Origin: Octopus sinensis
Taxonomy: Eukaryota
Reading direction: 5' to 3'
DNA length: 64,000 nt
Assembly (NCBI RefSeq): GCF_006345805.1
Contig: NC_043006.1
Location: 78,058,001 to 78,122,000, forward strand
The notes beneath the pieces were generated by a model. It had not been told where the DNA came from and ran no database searches. It saw nothing but the letters and a program-made list of their open reading frames with translations. Position 1 is the first letter of the stretch. Every line of letters begins with the position of its first letter. This document shows positions 40,678-53,925 of this stretch, piece by piece. The translations under genes were made by a program, and so were the position numbers.

Positions 40678-41169
40678 TGTTCAAAAGATAAAACTAGGAA
40701 AATTTAATTAGTTTTAAACACTAAAACCACCGAATTAAACCAGAACTAGCCAAGCAAAAACTTAACAGAAGACAATCCTGATAAGATATATCACAAGCAA
40801 TAGTCTAGAAAATTAAAATGTCAGACTATTATCAGAAGCATTGATCTAATTTTCAAAAGTGAAGTCAAAACTAAAAATATGATACGATGTACAGATACAA
40901 TGGTTGTCTTAGTTTTAAACTGAAGCATCTTCATAATAAATAGGAATTTATGTGAATTAATGAGCTTAGACCGAAAATCCTGGGAGGAAATTACAGCATT
41001 ACGAACTACACACGAATACAAGTTCATATTAAAAGTTTATTTCTATCCTGCGCACAGGAACGTCGGGAGGTGATACAACTGAAAAAAATACTGCACAGTG
41101 AAAACTTTAGCAGTTGAAAAATATTTAGATACAAACAAAGGAAAGATATTACATGTAGGAATGAAAAGC

Positions 41170-41535
41170 GAACAAAAAACAAACAAAACTGCATAGTGCC
41201 AAGGACATCAAGATGTAGGACAAGATACTGTGATAGCCTGGGCTTCAGAGGTCCACAGCTCTTCAATATCCTCCCGAAGGACCTGAGAGACCTCCATGGG
41301 GTGGATGCTGATATCTTTAAAATAAAACTGGATCTCTTCCTGTCAGGTGTCCCAGATGAACCAACTTCACGGCAGGTGGTGCAGATGAGGGCAGCTGCAT
41401 CGAACTCTCTCATGCACCAAATGGCAATTGCTAAAAAGCATACGTGAAGTAAAATCATGTAGCAACACCGAATGGCGGTGCCCCAGCATTGCCACAGCTC
41501 GTGAGCTGAAACTAGATAAAATAAAATAAAATAAA
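41170..41535 (+). mobile_element. CR1-group LINE 3' end
   Basis: DSLGFRGPQLFNILPKDLRDL...FKIKLDLFLSGVPDEP; 3' UTR GGCGGTGCCCCAGCATTGCCACAGCTCGTGAGCTGAAAC then (TAAAA)n. Confidence 0.88.
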
Positions 41536-42434
41536 ATAAATAAATAATAATAAAAGAAAAGGATTTACTCCAGGGACGATACACACTAATCGAAAAAGAC
41601 AAATTCATTATAAATATTAACTATACTCGTTAATTTAATCACAAATCTTAATGGAAAACTTTTGTTATATCCTTCCGTGAAATTTGGTGGTATTGGGTAT
41701 GGCAGCGCACCCAATACAAGAACCACCATATGTCAATGATTTACTCTGTTAGTAAAGAAACTAAAACCTACGATCTAAATTACAACTATAGTAAAAATGA
41801 ATATTTAGGTTAGGACGATATAACCGAAGAAAAATTATCTAAGTGCCAAAATACAAAATTAAGCCAGAATATCAGAATAAACTAAAGTAGAAATAACTTT
41901 CTTTAGAGAAATAGTTGTGGAGGAGAATAATGATTATCCGTAAGCTGTGGGCGTTAGTATGAAGGAACTTGCTAGGCAGGTTCGATTTCGATTCAAGGAG
42001 TATGAACAATTGTCATATATCTCTGGCCTGGCATTACAAACGGCAGGCGTTTTCGGGTTTGGGTAAGTTCGACAGTCACAGATATAATACCGAGTAGGCA
42101 TGACCGAGATACGAGCTGAGTGACGAAACCGTTTCATAATAATACAAGTGATGCATCAACCACAGCAGCTGCTTGGCACTGTTCCTATCTCTTACCGTCG
42201 TGAAATAGAAAAAAATAAACATTCATCTTTTAGCCGTAGTTATAATTGCAACAAATAACCTAGAAGTATTCGAAATTTACTTTACGCTGTGTCCTCAAAA
42301 TAAAAGCTAACATTCAATAGTTTTATAATAATTTTGTATATCATTTAAAGTAACTGAGACAATAGGCTGCCAAACAAAAATCCATTATCCATTGAAATTA
42401 ACCAAGGCAACGCCTCTGCATAATGGTATGAATA

Positions 42435-42730
42435 TCAGAAAATTCCACCGAGGTCGACTTTGACCTTCATCTTTCGGGGTCGATTAAATAAGTACGCACT
42501 GGGGTCGATATAATCGACTTAATCCGTGTGTCTGTCTTTGTGGGTAGTAAAGGAATAGATATGAATATCAGAAAATGTGTTTTGCGTTATTCGTTCTGGC
42601 AGTATATGTTCCGAGTTCAAGTGTTGCCGATACCAACCTTGTCTTCCATCCCTCCAGGGTGATAAAATAAAGTACCAGAGAATCACTGGGGCCAATATAA
42701 TTGACTAGTCCCCTCTCTTCAAAATTACTT
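42435..42730 (+). mobile_element. two CORE-type SINE fragments
   Basis: AATTCCACCGAGGTCGACTTTGACCTTCATC core and a more decayed second copy. Confidence 0.7.
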
Positions 42731-43420
42731 ACATTGTATCTAAATGAAAATCCATTATTCAAATTAACTCCTCTTAGTTCCTTGTTGAAACACTGCCCTT
42801 ATCAACTTCTTTCTTGTGTTTACTTGCCTGCGTTTGATAGCGTAATACCAGTTACATATTGGTTTCGATTCAATATATTGTACTTTGATTGTTAAACCAA
42901 ATTTATCTTTTGCTTGCGCGAAAGAATTTCATATTCCAACTAACTTTGGCGAGTATCTCTTCTAAAGCGATAACCTCCCACCGAATTATGCCAACCGTCC
43001 TTTTTACAATGCGCTGGTTAGAGTTATTTCTTTGAATTTACAAGCCTTGCTGAAGACCAGCATCTCTAGACTGACATAGTAACACTCTCCCACAACGACA
43101 TCACATTTCATGCGCATATTTAAAGTTTTCAGTATCGTCATATAACTAAGATGATGATTCAAAACTAATTCAAAACGTTCAACCAGCATGTAGGGAATAT
43201 TGTGCTGGAAATATATTATTGTCAACATACTGAGATTGAAGCTAAACTATTTCCTCTTCTTTGTCAACAACTCTTTGTTCAGTACATAAAATGCGAGAAC
43301 TTTCTCTCTGTATAATCCATATTTTAACCTGACTTTGACATTATCATTAACGGCTGCATCTCTGTGAAATTTACTGTCGGGCAAGCCATCTTAATGGATA
43401 TAATCTTTTCAAATCTTATA

Positions 43421-44717
43421 TACTACACAGTGTGTTATTGTAGAACTGTTACCAGAGCAGAACTTAGTTAACCGCACTCCAGCTAGACGTGACCATTTCA
43501 TCTTTTAGAAGTATTTAGTGACTACTTAGTTTAATGCTTCTTTCCCATTACATATGACCCAAGGATATGGTTTGAGAGAGATCGTTTTTGCTATTCATGG
43601 CAAGCCAATCAACTCTCTCACGACTTCCCGCTTCCCCGTCACAGAGATATTGTGTTTATAGCTTCAGAACTTCAAATAGGTGAAATTCTTTCACTTATAC
43701 ATTGTTAAAATTTTATTTATCATTTACCTGAATTTTCCAGGATATAAAAAATATAGTTACGCTACCTGATTTCAAATTAGCAACATTGATTTATATTTTT
43801 AATGATTTTTTTTTCTATCAAAAATCCCAAGCCTGTATTTATGTATTTCTATTTATAGAACGTTTTTTCAACTCGTTTCCCTCTTCTGTATATTTTTCAG
43901 ACTAAAACTCCAAGCAGGTTATTGCCAATTCGCTATGTGAATCATTCATCCTGAAAATGCATAATCAAAGGAGTTCCAACGGTCATCATCCCGTTTTGTG
44001 TTTTTTAGACATTATACAATGTTCGAGGAGAGACGGAAGCGTGCAAGGACGTGTTTATTTCTTGACAGTGATCGCTCATCCCGCCTAGGTCAACAGGCAA
44101 GGTCTCTATTTCTTCTTTTTCTGTTGTCTTTTTCCTCCATCACACTACAGCCATTTTAGACTTCACTGAAAAAACACATCGTTTATAGAAAAAAATTTCT
44201 GATTTTTGTTTCTATATAAAATGTTGTTTAGAAAAAGGCATGGTTCAATATGGCTGCGATATTTCTTTCTAATGCAGCCACAAGAGCTTAAATTTTGGTG
44301 AGGAATGGGTCTAGTCGATTACATTGTTTATTAGGCATTGAGGCAGAATTTGAGGGAGATGTAGCTGTTATTTCTAGCAGTAACCATTCACATGCTTCTT
44401 TATTGGCTTATATTGACGTTGAGGAGCCATCTGTGTTATGGTACATATATTTATCGAATCATCCAAATATAATTATGTTACATATACTATAAACACAATA
44501 TGTCTGTGACGGGGAAACGAGAGAGTCTTGAGAGAGTTGATTGGCTTGCCATAAATAGCAAAAACGATCTCTCTCAAATAATATCCTTGGGTCATAAATA
44601 ATAAGAAGGAAGCATTTAAATACTTCTAAAAGATGAAATGGTCACGTCTAGTTAGAGTGCGGTTAACTAAGTTCCGCTCTGGAAACATTTCTACAATAAC
44701 ACACTGCGTGTGTAGTA
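43421..44717. mobile_element. non-autonomous DNA transposon with ~240-bp TIRs
   Basis: 43418-43660 is the inverted copy of 44491-44720; TA flanks; no recognisable transposase inside. Confidence 0.85.
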
Positions 44718-45004
44718 TATTTCTCGTTAACATTTCTTGGAGATTATAATCATCAAGAACAGTCTATTTTTGGTATGTGTATTTTTATGTCGCTGGCCTT
44801 CTTGATTGAGTATAGATTTGGTAGATGTTTTCTTAGATGAATATAATCAAGTGTATATTGGATGCATTATTTTCTTGAACTAATCAATAGTAAATGCTTT
44901 AAGTGATACTATCATGTTCACTTTGTTTTTCTTTTCGTGTAGTTAATAAGATGAATATCAGGCAAGGAATGGTGGAAGTAATGATTGGTATTACTCTGAT
45001 AGTC

Positions 45005-45395
45005 TTTAACTCTTTAACTCCTTAATTTGTTTCAGTCGTTTTAATGCGGCCACACTGGAGCACCACCTTTTAGTCGAAGAAATCGACTCCAGGACTTATT
45101 CTCTGTAAGTCTGATACTTATTCTATTGGTTCTCTTTTGCCGAGCTGCTAAGTGATGGGGATGTAAACACACCAACATCGGTTGTCAAGTGATGGCGGGG
45201 GACAAACGCAGACAGATACACAAAAAACTATATACATATACGACTGGCTTCTTTCAGTTTGCGTCTACCAAATCCACTCACAAGGCTTTGGTTGGCCCGA
45301 GGCTATAGAAGACACTTGCCCAAGGTGCCCTGCAGTGGGACTGAACTCGGAACCATGTGGTTGGAAGGCAAGCTTCTTACCACACAGTCACGCCT
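45005..45395 (-). mobile_element. SINE family A
   Basis: Full-length match. Confidence 0.88.
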
Positions 45396-45628
45396 GATAT
45401 AGAAATCAATATTTTCTTGATCCACTTATAGGTTATTAAGCTCAATTTCATTGGCTGAAACTAAGCTAAACAAATATCCGAATGTGCCAAGTAAAATCTA
45501 AATATAAATTCATTACATGCAAAAGTCGAATTTATTACCAGGAAAAATATTGAGAAAATTACATGATTTATTTATTTTCTTAAGACTATCATAACAGTTT
45601 TCTTATAATCAACTTAATTTGAATTCAA

Positions 45629-45862
45629 GTGGAGGCGCGTGGCTTAGTGGTTACGATGTCAGCATCATGAGCGTAAGATTGTGGTTTCGATTCCTGGACC
45701 GGGCGGCGTGTTGCAAAACATTTCATTACACGTTGCTCCAGTCCACTCAGCTGGCAAAAATGAGTAACGCTACCGTGGACTGACGTCCCGTCCAGCTGGG
45801 GAACACGTACGCCATATGAGCCTGGCTAGGCTTTAAAAGGGCGCATTTATTATTTTTTTTTA
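45629..45862 (+). mobile_element. tRNA-derived SINE family C with 14-bp TSD
   Basis: TAATTTGAATTCAA at 45615-45628 and 45863-45876; homologous to 50009-50270. Confidence 0.9.
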
Positions 45863-46339
45863 TAATTTGAATTCAACAGAGATGAATATTTAATGAAAGA
45901 TACGTCTGTTAAATAAGCTTAAAGATATTTTTTTTTAGGTTCTATGTGGTTAGTATCAATATTAATTTCTAGATAAGCTGCCAATCTATTTTTCTGCTGC
46001 ATATTTTGGAAAGCCGTGAAATTTATGTCGGATTGGGTAAAAGAATTTACTATATTTGGTGAGTGGAATGTAATATGTTGATTGAGAAATGCAGGATGTA
46101 ATGGCAATGTCTGAAAGAGTTTTTGCCGGATATGAGTGACGAAGTTAGAACCTCAACACCTAATTCCTGTTATCTGCTTCGGAATGCGAGCTGCTAACGT
46201 TAACTCTCACATTTTCCGGTCATATGATATTCGTCATATGATGTTTGTTCCGCTCATAGATATTCATCAGACGAAATTATTGGCCCATTAATAGCAGATC
46301 ATTACGTTGGTGACAGATAGGTATCAGAGTATTAAACTC

Positions 46340-46791
46340 GGATCTTTTCGGTTTGAACGGCAGTTTTTAACATAATTTTTAGGTAACTATAAAATTTTAA
46401 ACTTCGTATACTGATAGAATGTGTTTATAAAACATACTATTCTCTTGGCTTTATTGAGAAAATTCTATAGTTTGTAAAATATTTGTTGCTTTTTTCTTCA
46501 ATTTCTGCAATTTCAACCAATCACTGACGTCTTTTGAGGTAAAAAAAACATTCTGTGCCGTATGAATATGTCCCTCGTTTAAGAAACAGATTGGGTTTAT
46601 TTACATTTGTGAAGAAAAAAAGATACACTTCCACCCACCCCTAACCCTAACCCTAACTCTAACCCTAACCCCAACTAACACTAACCCTAAAACAGAGTGA
46701 AATGCAATAGATCGATTCTAGGGTCATAATTATGGGTGACTATTCCATATGACACTGCTAGAAAAAACTGCCGTTCAAACCGAAAAGATCC
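46340..46791. mobile_element. MITE with 29-bp TIRs, 8-bp TSD and internal (CCCTAA)n
   Basis: TIR GGATCTTTTCGGTTTGAACGGCAGTTTTT perfect; TSD TTAAACTC at 46332-39 and 46792-99; telomere-like tract ~46638-46690. Confidence 0.93.
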
Positions 46792-47680
46792 TTAAACTCT
46801 TCAACAGTTCAGTGCTGATATCTGAAACAAACATATGGTTGATGCTTGCATCCATTTTCAAGAACGATACCTTATATTGTGCATAGTACACCGATATTTT
46901 ACAAGTGACATTCTCAGCAGATATGTTACAAGATAATTAGTTGAGGTGAAATAGGTTGAAGCTGATTACAGCTCAGACAATATACTAATATGTTTTAACT
47001 AAATATTTATGAGCCTTGAGTACAATTAATCCGAGGATTCAAATAATTAATAGGGGCTTACATGAAACTGAGATGTAATGACTAGTAATTGACGAGATTT
47101 AAGACTCTCCCTTGATGGAATGTGGAACTACATAATTTAGTATTGCAATAGGATATTATCTGTCTAGCTGCGTCAAAATGAAATAACTTAAACTGAAAGC
47201 ATTTGCAGTGGATTTTAATACAAGGCTAACAAATTGATAACTGGGAATATTTAATACGCATGCACGCACACACACATACACACACGTATACACACACAAG
47301 CATATAATGGAAACTGAATTGAGCAATACACTTTATTGCATAGCTCTACATTTGTTTCAACGTAAAATGATGAGCTGATAATTTGTGTTTCATATCATTC
47401 TTCATCAATGTTTCTACTGGCGAAACTACGCTGGAACATGCAATAAAGTACGGATTTCAATCAGTTTTTGTATTATTCATATTTTGTGGATGAACTCTAC
47501 AGATATCAGAGAATTGCAGATGTATATGCAGTGATATGTCGATCTCATTGTATGATAGCATTTGTTAGCAGATATCTCTGAACAAGGCTTTTTAAAGCAA
47601 ATTACAAAGTTTGTACTCATACTGAATTTACATGTACACATATTGTGTATATATATATATACACACACACATATATATAC

Positions 47681-47771
<91 letters not shown>

Positions 47772-48042
47772 GTGTATGTATGTATGTATGTATGTAGTAT
47801 GTATGTATGTATATATATATTAGAAGAAATGAGGTACTCAGAAATTCAGATGGTTTTATATATACAGATATTTATTTGTATATTACATGTGTTTATACAT
47901 CATATAACTTAGATCATATATTAGCGCTTTCTCCCATTCTAGTGGGGTTTTCAAATCGAACTGACTACGTCATTTCTTCTAATATAAAATACCACCGGTA
48001 CATCATCTCCAAACCTTCCTATATATATATATATATTATATA

Positions 48043-48093
<51 letters not shown>

Positions 48094-48120
48094 TATATAT
48101 ACATATGTATATATATATAT

Positions 48121-48151
<31 letters not shown>

Positions 48152-48337
48152 GCATACATACACACACACATGTCTAGATACTATAATAGAGAAAGCTGCT
48201 TATTAATTAGGTACGTAACAATTACTAAACGTACTAAAAGAAAGCAATATTAAAAGCTAGAAAATACTTTTATAAATTCATGTTCTAAGAGATTGCCTAT
48301 AATTTCGATTTCTGAAGTTTATTGAATTTTTCTTACT

Positions 48338-48505
48338 CCAAATTCTCTCAAATTTAAATATTCATGCCATTCACTGCGTCTAATTCTCCATAAATTTAAA
48401 TATTCGTGGCATTCACTGCATCCAATTCTCCATAAATTTAAATATTCATTGCATTCACTGCGTCCAATCCTTCATAAATTTAAATATTCATTGCATTCAA
48501 TGCGG
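48338..48505. repeat. ~42-bp tandem repeat x4
   Basis: AATTCTCCATAAATTTAAATATTC.T.GCATTCACTGC.TC unit. Confidence 0.9.
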
Positions 48506-50008
48506 ATTAGATTTTAATGTTTAATAGTAAACACTCTTAATTCGCTGCAGGCAAAATTTTACATTTTTATTTGCAACACTCTTTCATTCTCTATTTCCAT
48601 TAATAATGATAATTAAATAGTAGCTATATGACTTTGATACGAGACACAATTTTAAGAATATTATCAATTTCTGAAGTCTGCTAAATGAATATTTTTGATA
48701 AAATGAAATTTTTTTTATATACCGGTATAATTTTTAAGTGATTTATGTTGAATGAATGCATGCTATTACAAAAAATAACTGTATAACTTTGATACGAGGC
48801 CCAATTTCAAGAATATTATCAGCTTCCGGAGCTTGTTAAATGAATATTTTTAATAAAATTAAAATTCTTAAATATACAGGTATAATTTCTTTTTCAATGA
48901 AGAAGTGATGTTGTTGGCATAGCTACTTGGAACGCTATAAGCCTTACATTAATAACTATGTGACCGCTGCTATTTCAAGCACGCTAAACAAGATAGTTTT
49001 TAACGAGCATTCGTTTATATATAATATGCGACGGAAAAGAAATCTTAGCAGCAAGGCACAACGGCGGAGAGAAAGACGGGCAACTGAATCAGATGAAACT
49101 AGGGCAAATCAACTGAAACAGATGTCTGAATATGCACGAGGACATAGACATGATTCTGTTTCCGAGAAAATGTTGATGCAACACTAGAGATCTTTTGCGA
49201 TCATATGGAAGTAGTAGAGTTGACAACCAAACTAAGACTTCTTACAGAAGGTCATCCTTATGACAGAGAGTTTGCTACTTACCTTCTTGGTGTAGGAAAT
49301 GGTAACATTTCTGTAGAACAAAGCCAAGATGAATTCAAAATCAAACTATCCGATGACCTTTGCATTGAAAGCGGAACTCTTTCAAATCTATGTGATTTTG
49401 TATATGCTGACCTCAAAAATAAATTCACAAACTCTGTGTGGCTTACAAATAGAACCATTGTTACTCCAACAAATGAAGCAGCACAATTAGTGAATGATTT
49501 TCTATTGCCCAGGATCCCTGGTGAGCTTAAAATACTCAGAAGCCCAGATACAGTTGATAATGAAACTCTGTGCTCAATCAGGGTTTCCATCACGCATACT
49601 CAAATTAAAGAACAAAATTATGCCTAAAGCTTCTGAGAAATTTAGATGTTACTAATGGAAATTGCAATGGCATGCACTAAATCATTGTCCGTTTAAAAGA
49701 TAATGTTAATTAGGTTGAGGTTGCTTCTGTCCCTTATGCAAGATCAACTCTGTTAATCCCAAGAATACCACATGTATCTCAAGAAATGGAATTTCTAATC
49801 GCATTTACACGCAAACTATTTCCTGCCAACCGAGCTTTTGCTTGACGTGCAACAAGGCACGGGGACAGACTTTAGAACAAATTTGAATATATCTTCCGAT
49901 ATAATTCTTCTCACATCGTCAGCTGTATGTTGCATTATCTAGAGACTTCGAAAGAAGGCTAATTTTAAAATATTGGATGAGAGAAATGGAAACAGTATGG
50001 TTAGTGAT

Positions 50009-50270
50009 GTGGAGGCGCGTGGCTTAGTGGTTAGGGTGTTAGCATCATGATCGTAAGATTGTGGTTTCGATTCCTGGACCGGGCGACGTATTGTGTTCTT
50101 GAGCAAAACACTTCATTTCACGTTGCGCCAGTTCACTCAGCTGGCAAAAATGAGTAACGCTGCGATGGACTGGCGTTCCGTCCAGCTGGGGAACACATAC
50201 GCCATAGAAATCGGGAAACCGGGCCCATGAGCCTGGCTAGGCTTGAAAAGGGCGCATTTATTATTTTATT
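50009..50270 (+). mobile_element. SINE family C
   Basis: tRNA-like head, CAGTTCACTCAGCTGGCAAAAATGAGTA, V-like CTGCGATGGACTGGCG. Confidence 0.9.
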
Positions 50271-50954
50271 ATGATAACTGACTATTGTGCCTACAAGGAG
50301 ATACTACTTTAAAGTAAAATATGCTTTTTAGGAAGTTTTAGCAAATATAATTAACAAATAAATTGTATGTAAGGTAACAGATGTATGCGTGGAATTAAAT
50401 TGTTTTGGCATATTTCAATACATCTCGAATGAATGATATTGATATATTAGATCATTTTAAAGTTGGGTATAATTTGAAAAAGAAAGGAAATGCCATATCC
50501 ATGTATTATCACAGCACAGACATTTTTTGTGTGTATGTGTGTGTGTATATCCCTCCATCCTTCTATCCATCCATTTATATATCTATCTATTCATCTATCT
50601 AGCTATGCACACATATGTACACCTATGTAAGTTATACCAATTATCAATGCAAGTTCTACCATTTATTAATGATAAATATATATAACAGATTGACTCTTTA
50701 AAAAGAGAGATTATAACTGGGATAAAATATTGAAAGCAATATTTACTAAGCAAGTGAGCACTATTATACAAAGAAATAATTAGACGTAAAATATCATAAA
50801 AATTATTAAAATTGGGAATGAAATGTGGAAATATTATCGAGTTACTAGCAGAAAACCGCCGAGAGGGTGGTCTTTCTGCTAATGTATATAAGTATGCATG
50901 TATGTATGTATACATATATCTAGATACTTATATATACATAACAAAATTCTAAAT

Positions 50955-51110
50955 CACTGGTGATTTGGCTCTGTTGGCTAGGGAGGTTGTCTCCCTTGTT
51001 AGTCATTAAGATAGTACTTCTGTGATAATTAAGTTGTTTTGGCTCTTATTTCGACCAATGCTGAATGATGGTACTACTTTGTACCCTCTGTCAGTTTAGT
51101 GGCGATAATA
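50955..51110 (-). pseudogene. possible Penelope GIY-YIG C-terminal remnant
   Basis: With frameshifts reads NL.ITEKYY.LMTNKGDNLPSQ.SQITS, resembling the C.LC..EK...LLN.RSE motif. Confidence 0.4.
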
Positions 51111-52407
51111 AATTTGCCTTTAGGTTGTTACATTGCTAATAAGCTAACCATATTATTTCTAAATATATATGTATGTGTGTCCCACCCTTTTTTTTCGTAT
51201 CGTCTGGATGTGTTGTTGTCCGTTTCTTGAATCATCTAGCTCTTCTTGTCCAATTTTTGGTATTCCTTTTTATATAAATATAGCTGTGTACGTACATTTC
51301 GGGCTCTTCTAGGTAAGTACATATATATATATATATCTAAATTTTGTACGAGTCTAATATTCTTTCATTCGTTCATTCTTTCTATCAACCCCTTCACACT
51401 TACTTCGTCGTTCTTTTCACTCTTCTTTCTTTCGTCCCCCCCCTTCTCCCACATTTCCTGGTTTTCTCTTCATTCTCATCTTCTCACCTGCCCTCCTGTT
51501 TCAGTTCACTCTCTCTCTTTTCTTTCTTTTCTTCCCTCCCTAATTCTTCTATCCCTCTACCCCTACCTCTCTCTCTCCCTTATCTCTCCACATGACCGGT
51601 GTTCGGGAAAGCCTGACCTTTCTTTCTTGGTTCGACTACCATCAGTGCAACATCTATATTCCTCCCAATGCCTGTCATCTCTTATGTCCCCACTGTAAGG
51701 CTTTACTTCCACACACGCCAGTTTAATTTAATTCGTCCTTAGTCGAAAGACTTTTGTTAATGTTTCTTATTTCCATTTATATTTGTGTACCATTTCTCCA
51801 TTTCTCCGTCCTTGTTTTCGTATACATTCACTGCTTTCTTCCAAGGAATCTGGTGCTTCCTTGGAGCTGGCCAGATTTGGCAATCTCGAGTATAACAAGC
51901 CGAAATTGCAAAGATAATCTGAAGCTCGACTGAAGAAAAAAACTACGAACGACCCGTCCTTGTTTTACTTTATCGTCTATCTGGATGTTTTGTTGTCCCT
52001 TTTTGTCTCATCTAACTGTCTGGATGTTTTGCGTTTTGTCCCATTTTTGGTATTCCTTTATATATATATATATAGGTACAGAAAATTCAGGGTGAATACT
52101 TGATAACTGTAAGCGCCACTAGCTCTCATATATATATATATATATATATATAATTACTTGGGAATGAATACGTGGCGTTCAATTAAATAATAAATAATGA
52201 ATAATATATATTATTATTCCAGGGCGCAACTGTCTTTCACGACTCATATTATCGTTGAATGCTCGAAATGAGGAGTAGATTGACAGCCAACAACTGCTGA
52301 AGGGTCCTTTCTTTGTGTTTACTTGTCCTGTTTTCCATTTTTTCTCGTTGTTTACCTATTTCATGTTATTTGCACCCTTGGTGACGTCCTGTACCCATAT
52401 ATACATG

Positions 52408-52476
<69 letters not shown>

Positions 52477-52494
52477 TGTGTGTGTTTGTGTGTT

Positions 52495-52553
<59 letters not shown>

Positions 52554-52561
52554 AGATAGAT

Positions 52562-52608
<47 letters not shown>

Positions 52609-52984
52609 TGGCAAATGAAAGACGGAAGATGGGATATACGAGAATGTATTATTAATCACGAAAACAGTTTCGACACGTCTAGCATCGATTTTTCACAGGT
52701 GGGGCATTCAACAACTGGTTCACGAGCATCCGGAGGTCCAGATGTATCTCATCAGGTCACAAATAGACACAACTCGTTAAAATAACAACTCCGCAATGTA
52801 ACTTATCTTTTTGTAGACAGAAAACCAGCCAGACGGAAGAAATACCTTCATTTACATAAAATATCAAAAACACAGTCACAGATGGGAAAAAAAGAAGCGA
52901 ACATGTGTCGAAGCAATTGTCATGATTAATAATAAATTCTCAATTCCTGGCATAATTATGTTTAATAAAAGAATAACTTAATTA

Positions 52985-53777
52985 CCTAAATTTTAACATC
53001 TTCCCCTTCGCAATAGCCACCTTGTACAACAAGACACAGGGCCCAGTGTTCCTGCCACTTTTGGAATTGGGCGTGGAAGTCGTTTTTCATAAGCGAGTCG
53101 AGATCCTTCTGCGATTTTCTGTTGATCTCAACAGTGGTGTTAATATAATTACATTTGAACTGCATTTTCCTCTTGGGGAAGAAATGGAAGTCCGCAGGTG
53201 CTAAATTTGGCGGATAAGGTGGGTGTGGAAGCAGTACAACGTTGTTTTGGGTGAGAGACACACGGAGGTGAGGAGAGCACGGTGAGAGTGTGCACTGTCG
53301 TCTTGAAGAACCCAATTCTTCGCACTCCACAGATCCGCCGAATGTTCTCTTTTAAATGCTTCATAAAATTGCTGTAGAACGCAGGACAAGTTTCCGATGC
53401 ACAATACGACGAATGTCGGAAATAACGATGGTCGTGCTCTTGACTACGCTGCGCCTTTTCAAGCGCTGGAGATACTCGAATCATTGCGTAAGACCCGTTA
53501 CCTTGTCGCCATAAGTTTATCGAAGCATGCTCAATGTCTCTATAGAAGACTTCGCTTCTTTGTTCCACCTTCCTCTTCATGACAAAAATCGGGGACCACA
53601 GCATGCACGTGATCACAAATATATGAACTTTACAACTTACGAAGTAATCACAGCGATGTCACATAGCACATTGCCTCTTGAAGGTCACTGCTAGCTCTCA
53701 CTGTGAAAGCAAATGCAACTGTGTGCTGCCACCTGTTGGCGTACTATAAAACTAGTCCGGGAACTTTTTTATACCAC

Positions 53778-53781
<4 letters not shown>
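52985..53781 (-). mobile_element. defective mariner
   Basis: LQDDSAHSH; LPHPPYPPNLAPADFHFFPK; QKWQEHW..C...QGGYCEGE; 5' TIR-like end at 53750-53781. Confidence 0.85.
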
Positions 53782-53817
<36 letters not shown>

Positions 53818-53884
53818 TATATATATATATACATACATACATACATAAATACATACATACATACATACATACATATCTATATCC

Positions 53885-53922
<38 letters not shown>

Positions 53923-53925
<3 letters not shown>

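Larger units (their letters stand above)
48173..50340 (+). mobile_element. internally deleted Helitron (N-terminal stub + Pif1-like helicase fragments), interrupted by a SINE
   Basis: FATYLLGVGNG...DFVYADL...WLTNRTIVTPTNE...IPGE...S.DTVD; LIPRIP; FA.TCNKARGQTL; FSHRQLYVALSR; putative 5' TCTAGATACTATAATG. Confidence 0.85.

Noticed and set aside
48338-48505. CRISPR-like array
   Set aside because: Units are contiguous near-identical repeats without unique spacers; eukaryotic context, no cas genes
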